Source: a virus (taxonomy: Duplodnaviria; Caudoviricetes). Taken from it: DNA of 35,674 nt. The translations under genes were made by a program, and so were the position numbers. The stretch lies in IMG/VR virus record IMGVR_UViG_3300034166_000054, positions 1 through 35,674 of that record. One strand, written 5' to 3'. The notes under the pieces were generated by a model. It searched no databases. It was not told where the DNA came from and saw only the letters and a program-made list of their open reading frames with translations. This document shows positions 16,242 through 25,614 of the stretch, one piece after another (the first letter of the stretch is position 1; the number at the start of each line of letters is the position of its first letter).

Positions 16242-17261
16242 ATGGCATTTGCCAACTCAAGCATCAGCGACATCATTGCCACGACTATTCAGAGCCGTAG
16301 CGGTGAACTCGCTGACAACGTGACGAACAACAACGCGTTGCTTCGTCGCCTCAAGGAGCGCGGGAACGTCAAGACGTTCTCGGGCGGTAACGTGATTTTG
16401 CAAGAAATCATGTACAACGATCCGACCACCAACAACACGAATTCCTACTCGGGATACGAGGTGTTGAACGTCGGCCAGAACAGCCCGATTTCGTCGGCGC
16501 AGTTCAGCATCACGCAGTACGCTTCTGCCGTGACCATTTCGGGTCTGGAGATGATCCAGAACTCGGGCAAGGAGGCCATCATTGACCTTCTTGACGGTCG
16601 CATGGAAGTTGCGGAAGCCCAGCTTGCTAACCGCATCTCGGGCGACCTGTACGGCAACGGCACCGGCAACGCGGGTAAGAACCTCACGGGTCTTGCTGCG
16701 GCTGTTCCCGATGACCCGACTACCGGCACCTACGGCGGCATCAACCGCGCTGTGTGGTCGTTCTGGCAGTCCAAGGTGTTTGATGCGTCGGTTAGCGGCT
16801 CGGGCGTTGTGTCGTCCACCACGATTCAGGGCTACATGGACGCTCTCGCTGTCCAGCTCGTTCGTGGCACCGACAAGCCTGACCTGATCGTTGCTGACAA
16901 CAACTACTACCGTTATTACTTGCAGTCGTTGCAGGCCATCCAGCGCATCACCGAGTCCGGCTCGGGCATGGCTGGCGCGGGCTTTGCCTCGCTCAAGTAC
17001 TACGGCGCTGGCATGGCGTCTGACGTTGTGCTGGACGGTGGTATCGGTTCCTCGTCGTATAACAGCGGCGCTGGCAACGCGAACCATATGTGGTTCTTGA
17101 ACACCAAGTATCTGCATTTCCGCCCGCACAAAGATCGTAACTTTGTGCCGATTGGCGGCGAGCGACAGGCCGTTAACCAAGACGCCATTGTGAAACTGAT
17201 CGGCTGGGCAGGTAACTTGACCTGCTCGGGCGCGCAGTTCCAAGGCGTGTTGATTGACTAA
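16242..17261 (+). CDS. Major capsid protein
   Basis: 339 aa, strong AAGGAG RBS, strongly biased codons, DNV..NNALL..L, SGG..I, GL...V...P..GTYGGINR. Confidence 0.88.
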   Translation: MAFANSSISDIIATTIQSRSGELADNVTNNNALLRRLKERGNVKTFSGGNVILQEIMYNDPTTNNTNSYSGYEVLNVGQNSPISSAQFSITQYASAVTISGLEMIQNSGKEAIIDLLDGRMEVAEAQLANRISGDLYGNGTGNAGKNLTGLAAAVPDDPTTGTYGGINRAVWSFWQSKVFDASVSGSGVVSSTTIQGYMDALAVQLVRGTDKPDLIVADNNYYRYYLQSLQAIQRITESGSGMAGAGFASLKYYGAGMASDVVLDGGIGSSSYNSGAGNANHMWFLNTKYLHFRPHKDRNFVPIGGERQAVNQDAIVKLIGWAGNLTCSGAQFQGVLID

Positions 17262-17276
17262 AGGGAGTAACGCAAC

Positions 17277-17753
17277 ATGGCTATTTCTACGAGTAACCTC
17301 ATCGGCGTCTCCCTGACGTACACCGACACCTCGCCCTCGTTCAACGTCGGTACGACTGTGAACTTGGACGACGGCGGTCAGGCTGTGTATGTGCAGGCGG
17401 CGTCAACCGTCAGCACTTACATGGCGGTGTCCGTGAAGGGCGACAACACCGTTGTCCCGTTGACCACGACCAACTCGGCCAACAGCAAGGTCATTGGCTT
17501 TGCGCAGGCTTCCATTGCGTCGGGTTCCTACGGTTGGGTGCAGATCGGCGGGAAGCCGGTCGTGAACCTTGCCGCATCGTGCCTCCCGGCTGTGCCGCTC
17601 TTTACGACGGCTACGGCGGGAACGCTTGATGACGCGACGGTAACCGGCGGTCTGGTGATGGGCATCGTTGCCCTTACCACGGCGTCGGGTGCTACCGCTC
17701 TGACCTGCGTTGCGGGCTACCCGCACGTTGCGACGGGCGTCGTGGGCTTCTAA
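17277..17753 (+). CDS. Capsid cement/decoration protein
   Basis: Follows the capsid gene, A/T/G/V-rich, YVQA and YGWVQIGG motifs. Confidence 0.65.
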   Translation: MAISTSNLIGVSLTYTDTSPSFNVGTTVNLDDGGQAVYVQAASTVSTYMAVSVKGDNTVVPLTTTNSANSKVIGFAQASIASGSYGWVQIGGKPVVNLAASCLPAVPLFTTATAGTLDDATVTGGLVMGIVALTTASGATALTCVAGYPHVATGVVGF

Positions 17754-17755
17754 CG

Positions 17756-18532
17756 ATGCAACCTCTGGAAATCACGGTTCAAGCGGCGGGTACGGCAGAG
17801 GAACTCTGTTCCAATATCCGCTCGGCGCTTGGCCGTGGTTTACCAGAACTGACCCTCGCTCCCATCAAGCACGATGGCAACATGGTGTTGGTGGCGAGCG
17901 GGTGGTCTATGCCCGATTACATTGACGAGATTAAGGCGCACCGCCGAGCCGGTCGCCCGATTGTGGCTATCAAGGCCGCACACGACTTTCTGGTGGAGAA
18001 CGGGGTTGAGCCTGACCTGTGGGTTAACCTTGATCCGCGTGACCGTACAAGCGGCATACAGCGGCTGAACAAGCACACGGTGTATATGCCCTCGTCGCGC
18101 TGCCCACCGACTACGTTTGATTACCTTAAAGATCACAAGGTGCTGCTGTGGCACTCATGGGCAGAAGGCCCAGAGATGCAGGCCATTGGCCCCGGCAAAC
18201 TCGCTATTGGCGGCGGCACCACATCAGGACTACGAGCCATCAATATCGGCTACATCCTCGGATTCCGACACTTCACGCTATACGGCTATGACTCTTGCAA
18301 CCGTGCTGACGGCGTAAAGCGGTTCACGGGCGACAAGGCAGGCCAAACCATAGACATCTGGGTAGGCGGCCCGACCGGCAAGAAGTTCAACTGCAACCTT
18401 GCTATGGCACAGCAGGCCAATGAGTTTCAGAAGATTTACGAGGTCATGGGCGATGTCAACATTGAGGCCCACGGCCCCGGTCTGATTGCAGAGATTCTGC
18501 GTGTCAGGCGCGAACGCGCGATGGCAGCCTAA
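17756..18532 (+). CDS. Maf/DUF115 (MptE-like) family putative glycosyltransferase
   Basis: VLVASGWSM, IVAIK.AHDFL...GVEPDL.V.LDP, GGGTTSGLRAI.IGYILGFR...LYGYDSC. Confidence 0.72.
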   Translation: MQPLEITVQAAGTAEELCSNIRSALGRGLPELTLAPIKHDGNMVLVASGWSMPDYIDEIKAHRRAGRPIVAIKAAHDFLVENGVEPDLWVNLDPRDRTSGIQRLNKHTVYMPSSRCPPTTFDYLKDHKVLLWHSWAEGPEMQAIGPGKLAIGGGTTSGLRAINIGYILGFRHFTLYGYDSCNRADGVKRFTGDKAGQTIDIWVGGPTGKKFNCNLAMAQQANEFQKIYEVMGDVNIEAHGPGLIAEILRVRRERAMAA

Positions 18533-19359
18533 TGGCGATCCCCTCCCGAGTGTTGGGGTCGGGCGTTAACCAACTCTCCACGGTATCTATCTGCGGAGAC
18601 GGTAACGCTGCGGTGACGGCTGCTGGCACCTCGGCAGGCGATGCTACGACGCTGACTTATGTCTACAACAACGTCACAACGGTAGGCGCGGGTGCAGGGG
18701 TCAAACTGCCGCCGACCGAGATGGGCGAGACGATCATTGTCAAGAATACGAGCGCAAACCCGTTAACGGTGTACCCATACGACGCGGGTAGCAGCATCAA
18801 CAACGTCGGGTTTGGCACGATCAACCCTGATTGCTCGGCCTTGTTCTTTGCCGTAAGCAACACGCTTTGGGAAGAACTGCAAGGCTTTGGCCGCTCGGTG
18901 CCAATCCTGCACTACGGTGCGTTTAGCGACACCACGCTGCAAACGGCGGCATCCATTGATACCGCTTACGGCATGGTTTTCAACACTACCGATAGCAGCA
19001 ATGGTGTGTCTATCGGCTCACCGTCCTCCCGGCTTGTGGTGGATAACCAAGGCGTCTACAACGTGCAGTTTTCGGCACAGTTAGACAAAACCTCTGGCGG
19101 CGCAGGCAATATCTACATTTGGTTGCGTAAAAACGGCACTAACGTCGCCAACACCGCCAGCACGGTCGCCATCCAAGGCACCGCAGCGCGTACCGTCGCC
19201 GCGTGGAACTTCATCATCCAACTTGAGCCTACCAATTACGTTGAATTGATGTGGGCTACGGATGACACAAGCGTTAGAATTCTTGCAGCCAGCGCCACAA
19301 GCGTATGGCCTGCGATTCCCTCGGTCATTTGTACCATCACACAGGTCAACAACCTGTAA
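18532..19359 (+). CDS. Putative head fibre/decoration protein with C1q/TNF-like jelly-roll C-terminus
   Basis: YGAFSD...FNTTD..NGV...GVYNVQFSAQL...YIWLRKNG...YVELMW. Ser/Thr-rich. Confidence 0.6.
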   Translation: MAIPSRVLGSGVNQLSTVSICGDGNAAVTAAGTSAGDATTLTYVYNNVTTVGAGAGVKLPPTEMGETIIVKNTSANPLTVYPYDAGSSINNVGFGTINPDCSALFFAVSNTLWEELQGFGRSVPILHYGAFSDTTLQTAASIDTAYGMVFNTTDSSNGVSIGSPSSRLVVDNQGVYNVQFSAQLDKTSGGAGNIYIWLRKNGTNVANTASTVAIQGTAARTVAAWNFIIQLEPTNYVELMWATDDTSVRILAASATSVWPAIPSVICTITQVNNL

Positions 19360-19379
19360 TCCCCACAGGAGCAAGGACA

Positions 19380-19928
19380 ATGCCACTAGATAGCGATGTT
19401 TCTAACGCCGACGCACAGTTGCACGTTGAGTTTTACGTCAAGGACGATGGCCCCGGCAAAGGCAAAACCTACTGCCGCGTCATGGCTCCCGGCGATAAAA
19501 CCAACATCATTGACCAGCCCGCACGCGAGGAAGATAAAGCACGTTTCCCGCGTCAATGGCTGTACTTTCAGACGCAACAGAGCGATGGCGTGGCCGCAGA
19601 AATCGGCACTCCGCTTTCAGCGTGGCACAAGGACGCTCCCGAGGAAATTACACGCGACCAGATCGCAGAACTGGTCATTTTGAAGTTTGTGACGGTAGAG
19701 CAGTTGGCTCTGGCGTCGGACGCGCAACTACAGCGCATTGGCATGGGTGGAGTTGGCCTGCGTGAGCGGGCAAAACTGTACCTTAACCGCAAGAACCGCG
19801 CTGAAAGCAGCGCAGAACTTGAGGACACCAAGCGCCAGTTAGCCGAATTGCAAGCACAGATGGCGGCTCTGATGGAGGACAAACCTCGTCGTGGCCGCCC
19901 GCCGAAAGAGGCTTTAGCGGAGGCATAG
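19380..19928 (+). CDS. Hypothetical protein with HhH/SAM-like motif, coiled coil and AT-hook-like tail
   Basis: TVEQLALASDAQLQRIGMGG and KPRRGRPPK. Start reassigned to ATG 19380 after AGGAG. Confidence 0.7.
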   Translation: MPLDSDVSNADAQLHVEFYVKDDGPGKGKTYCRVMAPGDKTNIIDQPAREEDKARFPRQWLYFQTQQSDGVAAEIGTPLSAWHKDAPEEITRDQIAELVILKFVTVEQLALASDAQLQRIGMGGVGLRERAKLYLNRKNRAESSAELEDTKRQLAELQAQMAALMEDKPRRGRPPKEALAEA

Positions 19929-19929
19929 T

Positions 19930-20841
19930 ATGGGCAGCACGATGATTCAACTCATTCAGCAATGCACGAATGAGTTAGGCATCCCGACGCCAAACTCGGT
20001 GGCTGGTAACGCCAGCCAAGAAACCGTGCAGTTGTTGGCGTTGATGAACGCAGCAGGCTATGAGTTGCTTCGTCGTGCTGATTGGCGTGAACTGACGCGC
20101 CAGCATACTTTCTACACCGAGGCGACGACCGCCACGGGTAATTGGGTTAATGGGGTGGCCGCGATCACCGGCCTTGCCTCTACAACAGGGCTGGATACGA
20201 CGTATCAGGTGCAAGGCGTGGGTATCCCCAATGCGACCTACATCACATCCGTTGGCCCCACCTCGGTTGCGCTCAATTATCAGGTCACCGAGACGCAGGT
20301 CGGCGGGCAGGTTATCTTCCAGAAAGTGAAGTATTCCATGCCTGCTGATTACTACAGCACGGTCAACCGCACGCATTGGGACAAGAGCAAGCGTTGGGAA
20401 ATGCTTGGCCCCGAATCGCCGCAGCAATGGGAATGGCTGTTGTCGGGCTACATCAGCACCGGCCCCCGTATCCGCTGGCGCCTGCTCGGTCAGTATTTCC
20501 AGATTTGGCCGGGTATGAACGCGGGCGAGTTGCTCGGCTTTGAGTACCGCAGCAAGGGCTGGGCATACAGTTCAACAGGCTTGGTGCAAAACAGTTTTAC
20601 CGCTGACAACGACACCTGCGTTTACCCAGATCGCGTAATGGTGTTGATGACCAAGCTCAAGTACTTTGAGGCCAAGGGCTTTGACACCACGGCGCTGTAC
20701 CGCGATTTCCTGATGGAACTGGAAGCAGCGGTGGCGCAGGACACGGCAGCCGCCAATCTCTCGTTTGCACCACGACCGGGAACCGTACTCATTGGATACG
20801 ACAACATCCCCGACTCTGGCTACGGCACGAGCAACAACTAA
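19930..20841 (+). CDS. Head-tail adaptor (tail tubular protein A-like)
   Basis: Position. MIQLIQQ...ELG...P N-terminal helix, P.DY, QIWP, Y.S..W. Confidence 0.65.
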   Translation: MGSTMIQLIQQCTNELGIPTPNSVAGNASQETVQLLALMNAAGYELLRRADWRELTRQHTFYTEATTATGNWVNGVAAITGLASTTGLDTTYQVQGVGIPNATYITSVGPTSVALNYQVTETQVGGQVIFQKVKYSMPADYYSTVNRTHWDKSKRWEMLGPESPQQWEWLLSGYISTGPRIRWRLLGQYFQIWPGMNAGELLGFEYRSKGWAYSSTGLVQNSFTADNDTCVYPDRVMVLMTKLKYFEAKGFDTTALYRDFLMELEAAVAQDTAAANLSFAPRPGTVLIGYDNIPDSGYGTSNN

Positions 20842-22416
20842 ATGGCTTCGCCCACTCGCCGCCGTCTCATCCAGCGCACACAAGCCAATGTGGCGTCCCT
20901 CCCCGCCCCTGTGGGTGGTTGGAACGCACGCGATGCGCTTGCCAACATGGCCCCCACGGATGCCGTCACGTTAGACAATTTGTTCCCCGGCGTCAGCAGC
21001 GTGACGTTGCGCGGTGGCTACGACAAACACGCCACGGGCATGACCGGCCAGATTGAAACGCTGATGACCTACAGCGCAGGCACGACAGACAAACTGTTTG
21101 CCATCGTAGGCGGGAGCATCTTTGACGTTACATCAGCAGGCCCGGTGGGTGCCGCAGTCGTAACGGGGCTGTCTAACAGCCGCTGGGAATACACCAACAT
21201 CACAACCGCTGGCGGCAGTTATTTGTACGCCGCAAACGGTGTGGATAAGCCGCTGCTGTATAACGGGTCATCGTGGACGGCCATTGACGGCGTATCAACG
21301 CCCGCGATCACAGGCGTCACCACCACCACGCTTACCTCGCCCACCCTGTTCAAAAACAGGATGTGGTTTATCCAAAAGGACACGTTGAAAGCATGGTATT
21401 TGCCGACAGCATCTGTTGGCGGTGCTGCCAACGCGCTTGACCTGTCATCGGTCGCGCACTTGGGCGGCAGCATTGTGTCTATGGCGTCGTGGACGATTGA
21501 CGCAGGTTATGGCGTTGACGACAACCTTGTTTTTGTCACCGATCAGGGCGAGGTCATCGTTTATCGCGGAACCGACCCCTCTAGCGCCTCCACATGGGCG
21601 CTAATCGGCGTTTGGATCATCGGCGCGCCTATCTCCAAGCGTTGTTTGCTGAAATACGGCGGTGATTTGCTGGTTTTGACGCTGGATGGCCTGATTCCGA
21701 TGGCATCGGCGCTGCAATCGTCACGCCTTGACCCCAACGTGGCGCTGTCGGACAAGATTCAAGGTGCGTTTGCACTAGCCGCCAAGACGTACAAGAACAA
21801 CTTTGGCTGGGGGATGTTGTATCACCCGCTAAACAACGCTCTGATTGTCAACATTCCCATTGCGTCAAACTCGCAAGTGCAGTTTGTGATGAACAACATC
21901 ACGAAAGCGTGGTGTCGGTTCACAGGCTGGTACGCAAACTGCTGGTCATCGCTTAACGATGAGCCGTATTACGGTTCGGATGGTTACGTTGCAAAGGCTT
22001 GGACGACCGGAACCGGATCGGCGGGCTACAACGACAACGGTCAGGCCATCAATAGCAAGGCGCTACAGGCGTTCAACTACTTTGACACCCGTGGCGTCAT
22101 CAAATATTTCACCCGTGGCCGCACAACCACCTACTCCAACGGTCAGCCGACCATTGGCGTGGGTATTGCGGTGGATTTCCAGACCGATGACTTCCTTGGT
22201 GCGTTGTCGTTTGTCGGCACCAACTATGGTTTGTGGGACGTTGGTCTATGGGATCAGGCCATTTGGGGCAGCAACACGATTGCGAGCAACACGGTCGTAG
22301 GTTTGAGCGGTATCGGTTATTGCGGCGGCATCATTTTCAACAGCAGCAGCAAGAACGTATCGCTTGAGTGGGCATCAACCGATGTGGTGTATCAACTCGG
22401 ATGGGCTGGAATATAG
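20842..22416 (+). CDS. Tail nozzle / DNA stabilisation protein (beta-propeller-like)
   Basis: LPAPVGGWNARD, N.FP....V.LRGG, FKNRMWF. Beta-rich, follows the adaptor. Confidence 0.7.
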   Translation: MASPTRRRLIQRTQANVASLPAPVGGWNARDALANMAPTDAVTLDNLFPGVSSVTLRGGYDKHATGMTGQIETLMTYSAGTTDKLFAIVGGSIFDVTSAGPVGAAVVTGLSNSRWEYTNITTAGGSYLYAANGVDKPLLYNGSSWTAIDGVSTPAITGVTTTTLTSPTLFKNRMWFIQKDTLKAWYLPTASVGGAANALDLSSVAHLGGSIVSMASWTIDAGYGVDDNLVFVTDQGEVIVYRGTDPSSASTWALIGVWIIGAPISKRCLLKYGGDLLVLTLDGLIPMASALQSSRLDPNVALSDKIQGAFALAAKTYKNNFGWGMLYHPLNNALIVNIPIASNSQVQFVMNNITKAWCRFTGWYANCWSSLNDEPYYGSDGYVAKAWTTGTGSAGYNDNGQAINSKALQAFNYFDTRGVIKYFTRGRTTTYSNGQPTIGVGIAVDFQTDDFLGALSFVGTNYGLWDVGLWDQAIWGSNTIASNTVVGLSGIGYCGGIIFNSSSKNVSLEWASTDVVYQLGWAGI

Positions 22417-22841
22417 TCAGCGGCCCCCATGTGGGCCATTGGGTGATGTCACGCACAGACGGGGCGTATAACCCCGACCGCTCTGTTGCCATTGGGTTAG
22501 AGCGAGACGGCGAACTTGTCGCCGGTACGGTTTACGAAATGTGGAACGGCAGATCGGTCGTTTGCCACATCACTTGGGATCAAATCACACCGGCATACCT
22601 AGCCGCTGTGTACGACTATCCCTACAACGTCGCAAATGTTGATAAGATAATAGGGCCGATTTCCAGCAACCATACCCGGGCGCTGAAACTGGTCACGAAA
22701 ATGGGGTTTTCGGAGGAAGCGCGAATCAAAGATGGCGCACCTGACGGAGACATTGTTTTTATGACGCAGACACCAGACAGGTGTCGTTTCTTGGAGCCGA
22801 GGTATGGGCAAAAAATCACCAGCACCGCCGCCAGCGCCTGA
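22401..22841 (+). CDS. GNAT-fold virion assembly protein (T7 gp13/P22 gp14-like position)
   Basis: SNHTRALKLVTKMGFSEEARIK GNAT C-terminal motif, between nozzle and ejection genes. Confidence 0.7.
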   Translation: MGWNIVSGPHVGHWVMSRTDGAYNPDRSVAIGLERDGELVAGTVYEMWNGRSVVCHITWDQITPAYLAAVYDYPYNVANVDKIIGPISSNHTRALKLVTKMGFSEEARIKDGAPDGDIVFMTQTPDRCRFLEPRYGQKITSTAASA

Positions 22842-25224
22842 TTACACCACCCTAGCCATCAAGCAGGGTGAGGCGAACTTGGCCGCTGCCAAGCAGTCGG
22901 CTTATATGTCCAATCCCAACATTGATGCCCCAACGGGGTCGCAAAGGGTTACCTGGACAAAAACCCCAACGGTGGACACCGACGCTTACAACAAGGCGTT
23001 GCAGGGTTATCAGGATCGCATTGCCCAATACGGCCCCGAGTATGCGGGCGAGGCTCCAAGCCAAGATCAGTTCACGACGTTTATTGAACAGCCGACTGTC
23101 ACGCAAACCATTGATCCCAATGCGTTGGCGGCACTTCGCGCTCAAGAATTAGCGCAACGGCGTATGTCAGAGGCCGCCGCTGGCGCGGCTGCGGGGCTTG
23201 GCAACCTCGGCATCGCATCAGCGTTTGACGCCCGCAATTTGCCAAGCCTTGGTTACGACATCGGCTCATCGGGTGCAATTCAAGGCGCACCGCAAGGCAT
23301 TTACGCACCGCTCGCTGGATATGGTCAGGAAGCGTTGCCGGGTCAGGTCACCGCAGGCCAGCAGGCAACGGTTAACCTTCCGGTGCAAGGCGCAAGCACC
23401 GCACAGAACCAGTTTTTTGGCTTGGCGCAGGGTGGCCCCGCTGCACCGACTAACCTCGGTACGTTTGACGCCGGTCAATTCACCTCGCAAGCCGCGCCAA
23501 GTGGGCAAGCGTTTGGAACCGCACAAGGCGGCCCGTCAGGTGGTTTGTACGGCATGGCAGGCGCTGGCCCGCAGGGATTGAACCTGCAAGGGCTTGACTT
23601 GTCAGGCATCGGCGGTGTGGCCGGTGGCCCCGCACAAGGCCAATTTGGCTACGCACAGCAGTTTGTAGGCGGCCCGCAGTTACAGAGCCAGATTGATATT
23701 GCCAACTTGCCGCAGGGGCCAGTAAACGCTGGCATGACGGCGCAGACGGCATTGCTGTCGCGTTTGTCACCGCAGTTGCAGGGTGAGCGTCAGCAACTCC
23801 AGACGCAATTAATCAACCAAGGTCTGCGACCGGGTGGCGAGGCGTACAACTCGGCTATGTCGGCGCAAATGCAGAAGGAAAACGACCTTCTGTTGCAAGC
23901 CGCAGCGCAGGGCATCAGCCTTGATCAAGCCGCTCGCCAGCAGGCATTTGGTGAGCAGCAATCCCGCGCTATGTTCGCCAACCAAGCCGCATTGTCAGGT
24001 TTTGGCGCAGGCATGGAGCAGGCGCAGCTTTACAACACGGGCTTGGGGCAAAACCTTCAGCAGTCGCTGGCAACGCAGGCCGCGCAAAACCAAGCGCAGC
24101 AGCAAGCCTTCCAGCAGCGTTTGCAGGCGGGTGAGTTTGGCCGAGAGGCGCAATTAGCGTCGTTCGGTACGCAACAGCAGGCGCAAGAAGCCGCTAACCA
24201 AGCCATCGCGCAGAACTTTGCACAGGGTCAAGCCGCACAGCAGATGCAAAATCAGGCCATCGGCCAGAATTTTGAGCAAGCGTTGGCGGCACAACAGGCG
24301 CAAAACGCAGCCCTCGGTCAGAACTATCAGCAAGCCCTTGGTGCGGCTGGGTTCAACCGTGAAGGGTTGATGCAGCAGTTTGGCATGGGTCAGTCAGCGC
24401 AAGAACTTGCTAATCAGGCGTTGGCGCAGAACTACCAGACGACGTTTGACCAAGCGCGACTGCAAAACGAAGCGTTGCAACAGATTTTTCAGCAAGGCGC
24501 TACGCAGCAGCAGATGTACAACCAAGCCGCTGCACAAAATTTCCAGCAGCAGGTCGCCGCGCAGCAAGCAAACCTTGCTCGTCAGGCGCAGCAGGTTGGT
24601 CAGGCGCAAGGAGCCGCAGGGTTCTACAACGAAGCGCAGGCACAGGCTTACCAGCAAGAGTTGGCGCGTCAGGCTGCCGCAAACGCCGCACAACAGCAGC
24701 AGTTCCAGCAGAACATCGCCCAACAGCAGTTCCGCAACACCGCGATCCAGCAGGCACTTGCCCAGCAGGCCGCCATTCGCAGCATCCCGGTCAACGAGAT
24801 CAGCGCGTTGTTATCAGGCGGTCAGGTCAACGTGCCGCAGTTCCAAGGCTACAGCGGCGTCACCGTGGCCCCTGCTCCGATATTCCAAGCGGGTCAGGCA
24901 GCGGGCGATTTCGCACAACGCAATTACCAGAACCAAGTTGGCTCGTACAACGCTGGTATGGGAATGTTAGGCAGCCTTGCTGGAGCGGTCGGTACGGCAG
25001 CAGGCGGCCCGCTCGGCGTAGCGGGATTGTTTACGTCAGATCGTCGGTTGAAGTCCAACATCGTGCGCGTCGGCACTCACCCGCTTGGCATTGGCGTATA
25101 CGAATACGACATCAACGGCGAGCGTCAACGCGGCGTCATGGCAGACGAGGTTGAAACGGTGCTACCGGAGGCGGTCGTAACCCGTTCCGATGGCTACAAG
25201 ATGGTCAACTACGGGTTACTTTGA
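22804..25224 (+). CDS. Ejection/pilot protein with Gln-rich repeats and a C-terminal Peptidase_S74 intramolecular chaperone
   Basis: MGKKSPAPPPAPDY N-terminus, 18-residue Q/A repeats, Gly/Ala hydrophobic segment, SDRRLKSNI...GVMADEV...PEAV...GYKMVNYG. Confidence 0.72.
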   Translation: MGKKSPAPPPAPDYTTLAIKQGEANLAAAKQSAYMSNPNIDAPTGSQRVTWTKTPTVDTDAYNKALQGYQDRIAQYGPEYAGEAPSQDQFTTFIEQPTVTQTIDPNALAALRAQELAQRRMSEAAAGAAAGLGNLGIASAFDARNLPSLGYDIGSSGAIQGAPQGIYAPLAGYGQEALPGQVTAGQQATVNLPVQGASTAQNQFFGLAQGGPAAPTNLGTFDAGQFTSQAAPSGQAFGTAQGGPSGGLYGMAGAGPQGLNLQGLDLSGIGGVAGGPAQGQFGYAQQFVGGPQLQSQIDIANLPQGPVNAGMTAQTALLSRLSPQLQGERQQLQTQLINQGLRPGGEAYNSAMSAQMQKENDLLLQAAAQGISLDQAARQQAFGEQQSRAMFANQAALSGFGAGMEQAQLYNTGLGQNLQQSLATQAAQNQAQQQAFQQRLQAGEFGREAQLASFGTQQQAQEAANQAIAQNFAQGQAAQQMQNQAIGQNFEQALAAQQAQNAALGQNYQQALGAAGFNREGLMQQFGMGQSAQELANQALAQNYQTTFDQARLQNEALQQIFQQGATQQQMYNQAAAQNFQQQVAAQQANLARQAQQVGQAQGAAGFYNEAQAQAYQQELARQAAANAAQQQQFQQNIAQQQFRNTAIQQALAQQAAIRSIPVNEISALLSGGQVNVPQFQGYSGVTVAPAPIFQAGQAAGDFAQRNYQNQVGSYNAGMGMLGSLAGAVGTAAGGPLGVAGLFTSDRRLKSNIVRVGTHPLGIGVYEYDINGERQRGVMADEVETVLPEAVVTRSDGYKMVNYGLL

Positions 25225-25233
25225 GGACACCAC

Positions 25234-25614
25234 ATGAACGGATTTACCCCTGACCGAAAGCCGCAGCAAATGGCGCGTATGCTGGCAATGCAGGAGCGGA
25301 ATCTGTCGCTCAACAGCCCCGGCAACAATATGCGGAACGTCCCGCAGCCTAACCTGATGTACTCGGGCGCTACGCCTAACACCAACCCCGGTGTGCCGCC
25401 GCAGGCCATGAACTTTAACGGCCCGCCGCAGGCAATGCAGGGTGGTCGTCCGATGGGTTACGGGCCGCCCGTTCGCAGCATGGGCCAGCCGCAGATGGGG
25501 CCGCCTCGCTCACCGCAAGTGGGCGGCATGATGCAGCGCCCGCGTATGCCCGCTCCCGCAGGTATGACAACGCCGCAGGGAGGCTCATACAGAGGGGACT
25601 TTGAAAATGGCTAA
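25234..25614 (+). CDS. Low-complexity Pro/Gly/Met/Gln-rich protein
   Basis: GAGGA RBS, fills the gap between ejection genes, almost no acidic or aromatic residues. Confidence 0.6.
   Translation: MNGFTPDRKPQQMARMLAMQERNLSLNSPGNNMRNVPQPNLMYSGATPNTNPGVPPQAMNFNGPPQAMQGGRPMGYGPPVRSMGQPQMGPPRSPQVGGMMQRPRMPAPAGMTTPQGGSYRGDFENG

Noticed and set aside
16257-17243. 328-aa antisense ORF over the capsid gene
   Set aside because: Shadow of strong codon bias on the coding strand, with no RBS or protein motifs.
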